A stretch of 20,000 nt of DNA. Origin: an uncultured virus (IMG/VR IMGVR_UViG_3300044950_001783) (lineage: Duplodnaviria > Heunggongvirae > Uroviricota > Caudoviricetes). The DNA lies in IMG/VR virus record IMGVR_UViG_3300044950_001783; one strand, written 5' to 3'. Of this stretch, positions 16,121-20,000 are shown one piece after another (the first letter of the stretch is position 1; the number at the start of each line of letters is the position of its first letter). The notes under the pieces are model-generated. The model was given only the letters and a program-made list of their open reading frames with translations. It searched no databases and was not told where the DNA came from. The translations under genes were made by a program, and so were the position numbers.

Positions 16121-17472
16121 GTGAGGTTCTGAAACGACGCATGCGCTGCGCCGTCTACACCCGCAAGTCCAGCGAGGAAGGGCTGGACCAGGAATACAAC
16201 TCCATCGATGCCCAGCGCGACGCCGGCCATGCCTACATCGCCAGTCAGCGTGCTGAAGGCTGGATTCCGGTGGCGGATGACTACGACGACCCCGCGTTCT
16301 CCGGTGGCAACATGGAGCGACCGGCACTCAGGCGCCTGATGGTCGACATCGAAGCCGGCAAGGTCGACATCGTGGTGGTCTACAAGATCGACCGTCTGAC
16401 CCGGAGCCTGGCGGACTTCTCCAAGATGGTGGAGGTGTTTGAACGTTACGGGGTGTCGTTCGTTTCGGTGACCCAGCAGTTCAATACCACGACCTCGATG
16501 GGGCGGTTGATGCTCAACATCCTGCTGTCCTTCGCCCAGTTCGAGCGGGAGGTCACCGGCGAACGCATCCGCGACAAAATTTCCGCCAGCAAGCGCAAGG
16601 GTATGTGGATGGGTGGCATTCCACCTCTTGGATACGACGTTGAGAATCGACGACTGGTGCTCAATGAGCGAGAGGCCAAGATCATCCGGCACATCTTCCA
16701 GCGCTTCGTCGAGCTCGGTTCCAGCACAAAACTGGTCAAGGAACTGAAGCTGGACGGTGTGACTTCAAAATCCTGGACCACCCAAGATGGCAAGATTCGC
16801 GAAGGCAAGCCCATCGACAAGAGTCTGATCTACAAACTGCTCAACAACCGGACCTACCTCGGTGAGTTGCGCCACAAGGAATTGTGGTACCCGGCCGAGC
16901 ACACATCCATCGTCGAGCGCGATCTTTGGGACAACGTCCATGCGATCCTGTCCAGCAATGGCCGGGTACGAGGCAACGCCACCCGGGCGACAGTGCCATT
17001 TCTGCTCAAGGGCATCGTGTTCGGCCACGACGGACGCGCGTTGTCTCCGTGGCACACCACCAAGAAGAATGGCCGCCGTTACCGGTATTACCTACCTCAA
17101 CGGGATGCCAAGGAGCACGCCGGGGCATCTGGGTTGCCACGTCTGCCGGCCGCAGAACTGGAATCGGCTGTGCTCGACCAACTGCGCGCGATCTTGCGTG
17201 CCCCTGATTTGCTTGGCGACGTGCTGCCGCACGCAATCGAACTCGACCCGACACTCGATGAGGCCCAGATTACCGTGGCCATGACGCGCCTCGACGCGGT
17301 TTGGGACCAGTTATTCCCAGCCGAGCAGACCCGGATCGTCAAACTCATGGTCGAGAAGGTGATCGTGTCACTCAACGACCTCGAAGTGCGTCTGCGCGCC
17401 AACGGCATCGAACGTCTGGTACTGGAACTGCGTCCTGAGACAGCCGCGCAGGACGAGGAGGCAACAGCATGA
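16117..17472 (+). CDS. Large serine recombinase (resolvase + recombinase domains), 451 aa
   Basis: CAVYTRKS (catalytic Ser), SGGNMERPAL, VVYKIDRLTRS, FAQFERE, PPLGYD, NRTYLG. ATG 16117 overlaps the DUF2924 stop and has a GGGAGG RBS. Confidence 0.95.
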   Translation: MSEVLKRRMRCAVYTRKSSEEGLDQEYNSIDAQRDAGHAYIASQRAEGWIPVADDYDDPAFSGGNMERPALRRLMVDIEAGKVDIVVVYKIDRLTRSLADFSKMVEVFERYGVSFVSVTQQFNTTTSMGRLMLNILLSFAQFEREVTGERIRDKISASKRKGMWMGGIPPLGYDVENRRLVLNEREAKIIRHIFQRFVELGSSTKLVKELKLDGVTSKSWTTQDGKIREGKPIDKSLIYKLLNNRTYLGELRHKELWYPAEHTSIVERDLWDNVHAILSSNGRVRGNATRATVPFLLKGIVFGHDGRALSPWHTTKKNGRRYRYYLPQRDAKEHAGASGLPRLPAAELESAVLDQLRAILRAPDLLGDVLPHAIELDPTLDEAQITVAMTRLDAVWDQLFPAEQTRIVKLMVEKVIVSLNDLEVRLRANGIERLVLELRPETAAQDEEATA

Positions 17473-17897
17473 GTGAGACGCTTATCCACAAAACAGGAAC
17501 ACCCGATGTCATCGCATCCAGCGATGGCAGGTTGACCCTGAAGGTGCCCATTCAGATCAAACGCCGCAGTGGACGCAAACTGGTCACATTGCCGAACGGC
17601 GAAACCGCCAAGCCACGGCCCTGGGATATTGCCGCCACACCACTGCAGTTGGCTCTGGCCCGTGGTCACCGCTGGCTTGCCATGCTGGAGTCGGGTGAAG
17701 CGAAGACCCTGAAAGAGATCGCCGTGCGCGAGGGGATCGACAACAGCTACGTGAGTCGGATGGTCAACCTGACCACGCTCGCGCCCGACATCGTGGCCGC
17801 CATTTTGGACGATGCACTGCCGAACCACTTGACGCTATTCGACCTGGCAGTCGATCCGCCGGCGCTGTGGGAGGAACAGCGGGCCCGGATCGGATAG
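17469..17897 (+). CDS. Recombinase-associated HTH protein (142 aa)
   Basis: IKRRSGRK...ALARGHRW...TLKEIAVREGIDNSYVSRMVNLTTLAPDIV; ATGA overlap with the recombinase. Confidence 0.8.
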   Translation: MSETLIHKTGTPDVIASSDGRLTLKVPIQIKRRSGRKLVTLPNGETAKPRPWDIAATPLQLALARGHRWLAMLESGEAKTLKEIAVREGIDNSYVSRMVNLTTLAPDIVAAILDDALPNHLTLFDLAVDPPALWEEQRARIG

Positions 17898-18080
17898 AAA
17901 TCTGTACCAATCAGGGCGCCGAAGATAAAATGGCAGCAGGTGCCCACCTTACTTGCACACGAGTAAAAACAGGCGTTCTGATTCCATAGTCGTTGAAAAC
18001 CTCTCTTTGAGCCTCGTCGTCGGGGTCTTAAACGTGTGCGTCTGACCCGAAATCGACGTGGTATTCAGGAAAGGTTTGTC

Positions 18081-19211
18081 ATGACAATCAAAGCCCTCGC
18101 TTACTCCGCGCAGCAACACCTTCAGGCCAGCACGGGTGGCTCATTCAAACGAGCTCACATCTACGAGTTGCTGGCAGCCTCGTTTGGATTCAACTCCAAC
18201 GCTGCACTCGGCGCAGACGCCGTTTTCACCGAACAATCGTTATCCAGCCGAAGGGCATCCAGCTATGGTTCGCTCGTTCGAAATCGCTGCATCGAAATTG
18301 GGTATCAGCCCGATGTTGCAGATGCGGTCTCCATCGCGCTCCCTGCCTATTTGAGTGAGCGGCAGATCGGTGTCATCACGATTGCTGATTTGGTGGCGCA
18401 TCTTCGCTATGAAGCGGGGCACCAAGATGATTATTCGGACGACGACGAAGAGCCGGACGATAGGGACGACACCCTAGATGACCAGTGGGTAGATTCTGTC
18501 GCGCTGGAGTCACCAATCCTGCTAGATGGGCTCGAAGATGCGGCCTGTAAGGGGAATGCTCTTGCCCACTATGCGTTAGCACTGATCCACGTACCGGAAG
18601 AAGACGAGGAACGGAACGTTGGAAGCGATTACTGGCATTCCCAGGCTCAACAGGGGCGGCTCCTGACCGGTGTTGAAAAGGAGTGGGCTGATGACTACGT
18701 GACGAGCCTCGCCCGATCGGAGAAGCATGCTCACCATTTGCGCGAAGCTGCGCGACTGGGGCAGCAAGACGCTCTTCTAGAGTTGGCCGACAGGTTTGAA
18801 GATCCGGCTTTCTTTGAACAAGCTGCCCCCCATTCCAATGCGGATCCCACCGTTGTCGCCGAGATTGCGCAACGCCTCGGTCGGCATGGCGACGCCAAGA
18901 AGTGGCTGACGATAGCTGCCGAGGCTGGTGACACCGAGGCCATGCGTCAATTGATCGAGGAGTATGACCAGCGTGATCTGGTGCGTTGTTGGACTTGGGT
19001 TTACTTCGCCAAGCTGAAGGACGTGGATCTGACCATGGACGAGCACTACGCAATTAACGAAGATGGCTCGCCCTATGACGATGACGTCGGGGGGGCTGCC
19101 TACGTCGGTGGCCGCGACGGCGTGGTCATCGATCCAATCAGTGCGGAACAAGACGCCACTGCCCGAGATGCTGCGCAGAAGCTTTTGGGAAAAACTCTGC
19201 TGGCTAGGTAA
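18081..19211 (+). CDS. Acidic Sel1/TPR-like repeat cargo protein (376 aa)
   Basis: ATG 18081 after AGGAAAGG. Sel1-like units AACKGNALAHYAL, AARLGQQDALLEL, AKKWLTIAAEAGDTEAM; N-terminal KRAHIYELLAASFGF helix motif. Confidence 0.75.
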   Translation: MTIKALAYSAQQHLQASTGGSFKRAHIYELLAASFGFNSNAALGADAVFTEQSLSSRRASSYGSLVRNRCIEIGYQPDVADAVSIALPAYLSERQIGVITIADLVAHLRYEAGHQDDYSDDDEEPDDRDDTLDDQWVDSVALESPILLDGLEDAACKGNALAHYALALIHVPEEDEERNVGSDYWHSQAQQGRLLTGVEKEWADDYVTSLARSEKHAHHLREAARLGQQDALLELADRFEDPAFFEQAAPHSNADPTVVAEIAQRLGRHGDAKKWLTIAAEAGDTEAMRQLIEEYDQRDLVRCWTWVYFAKLKDVDLTMDEHYAINEDGSPYDDDVGGAAYVGGRDGVVIDPISAEQDATARDAAQKLLGKTLLAR

Positions 19212-19495
19212 GGACAGAAACGGCAAGCATGGCCCCGGAGGGTTCATTTCTCGCTACAGATGTTCCCTCCGGGTAGCCAATGCTGCAATCCAACCGCTCG
19301 ATTCGTCCGCGCGCAACACCTTGATCTATAAGGGCACTCACGACGTCCTTTGCGGACTTCCTGCCTTTCCGGGAGAGTCGCTTCGGAGAGAATAATGGCG
19401 GGAAGAGAGAATAAACGGCCCGAAATCAGGGAACCCACGAACTGGCGAAGTCCGCAAGAACACGCGTGAACCCGCGCAGACACACGGGAGTGGGC

Positions 19496-19528
19496 AAAAA
19501 AAAGACCAACCGGATAAAGGGTTGGTCT
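19496..19528 (-). terminator. Intrinsic terminator directly after tmRNA
   Basis: AGACCAACC (19503-19511) / GGTTGGTCT (19520-19528), followed by a T run on the minus strand. Confidence 0.85.
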
Positions 19529-19535
19529 CGGGTAC

Positions 19536-19896
19536 TGGTGGAGGCGGCGGGAATCGAACCCGCGTCCGAAAGTCCTCTACAGCAAGTTCTACATACTTAG
19601 TCTGGTCGTTTAGTTTTAACCTGAACCCCGCCGGCCAGACAGGCTGAGTTCAAGCGAGCCACCTTAATTTAACGTTGATCCAAGCGGCCCGAATCAAAGC
19701 GAGTCCATGTTAATGACTCCACTGCTGGTTTCCCAGCCCGGCCCATGGACCATCCGGTGTGGAGCCTAGCCGTCAAGCGGCTAGGGCGTAGGTTTCGTCG
19801 TTGGCGACTACTAGATTCCAGATGTATTTACGAGGTAACTGGTCCTCGGTATGCCCTTGTCTGCTTCGCGACCCCCGTCGAAGCCAGGTCGCCCCC
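19536..19896 (-). ncRNA. ssrA: tmRNA
   Basis: 5' GGGGGCGACCTGGCTTCGACGGG; 3' GGACGCGGGTTCGATTCCCGCCGCCTCCACCA; tag frame ANDETYALAA* at 19805-19773; 361 nt. Confidence 0.97.
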
Positions 19897-20000
19897 GTTA
19901 TTGGTAAAGTGGAGACTCGCATAGAAAGTTCAAGCGAGAGAGGGCAATCTACGCGGCGATATTGTGACAGTCAAGCAGATGGCTTGAGGGATTGTTAAAG

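Larger units (their letters stand above)
1..19535. mobile_element. Prophage/phage-like integrative element adjacent to the tmRNA 3' end; continues beyond the left edge of the window
   Basis: Serine recombinase module, repressor/peptidase switch, phage-type replication operon, RuvC-like gene, cos-like site and ParB-N gene, all abutting ssrA. The exact att boundary is not visible. Confidence 0.85.

Noticed and set aside
15949..17828. Minus-strand ORFs of 247 and 243 aa
   Set aside because: Shadows of the recombinase operon.
19536..19570. tRNA gene or att duplication
   Set aside because: This is the 3' tRNA-like domain of a full-length tmRNA; I saw no second copy in the window.
19897..19935. 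ssrA promoter
   Set aside because: TTGAAC is present at 19933-19928 (minus), but there is no convincing -10 at the right spacing.
19801..19998. 65-aa ORF
   Set aside because: Antisense to tmRNA; no coding support.

Overview
Almost the whole window (1 to ~19,535) is one end of a prophage-like element sitting directly downstream of an intact tmRNA gene (ssrA, 19536-19896, minus strand). The tag peptide ANDETYALAA is Betaproteobacteria-like. Reading inward from the tmRNA: a Sel1-like repeat cargo gene with a long leader hairpin; a four-gene recombination module (small ORF, DUF2924, large serine recombinase, HTH ORF); a rightward operon of an XRE repressor and an ImmA/IrrE peptidase, strongly resembling CapH/CapP, plus a 404-aa helical protein; a divergent uncharacterised pair (418 aa, and a 318-aa Zn-ribbon/wHTH protein) plus DUF2188; a tightly coupled leftward recombination/replication operon (Xis-like HTH, Sak4-like ATPase, SSB-like, SF2 helicase, DUF6511, Cas4-like nuclease, TOPRIM-SF4 primase-helicase, putative origin, RuvC-like, DUF6362); tandem terminators; a lambda-like cos candidate; and the start of a ParB-N (probably methyltransferase) gene with a CTG start. 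The most interesting signal is a possible induction cascade: CapH/CapP-like DNA-damage sensor, then a two-gene putative activator, then a repeat-bearing promoter with no -35 in front of the replication operon. Family assignments come from motif recognition only; no database search was run.
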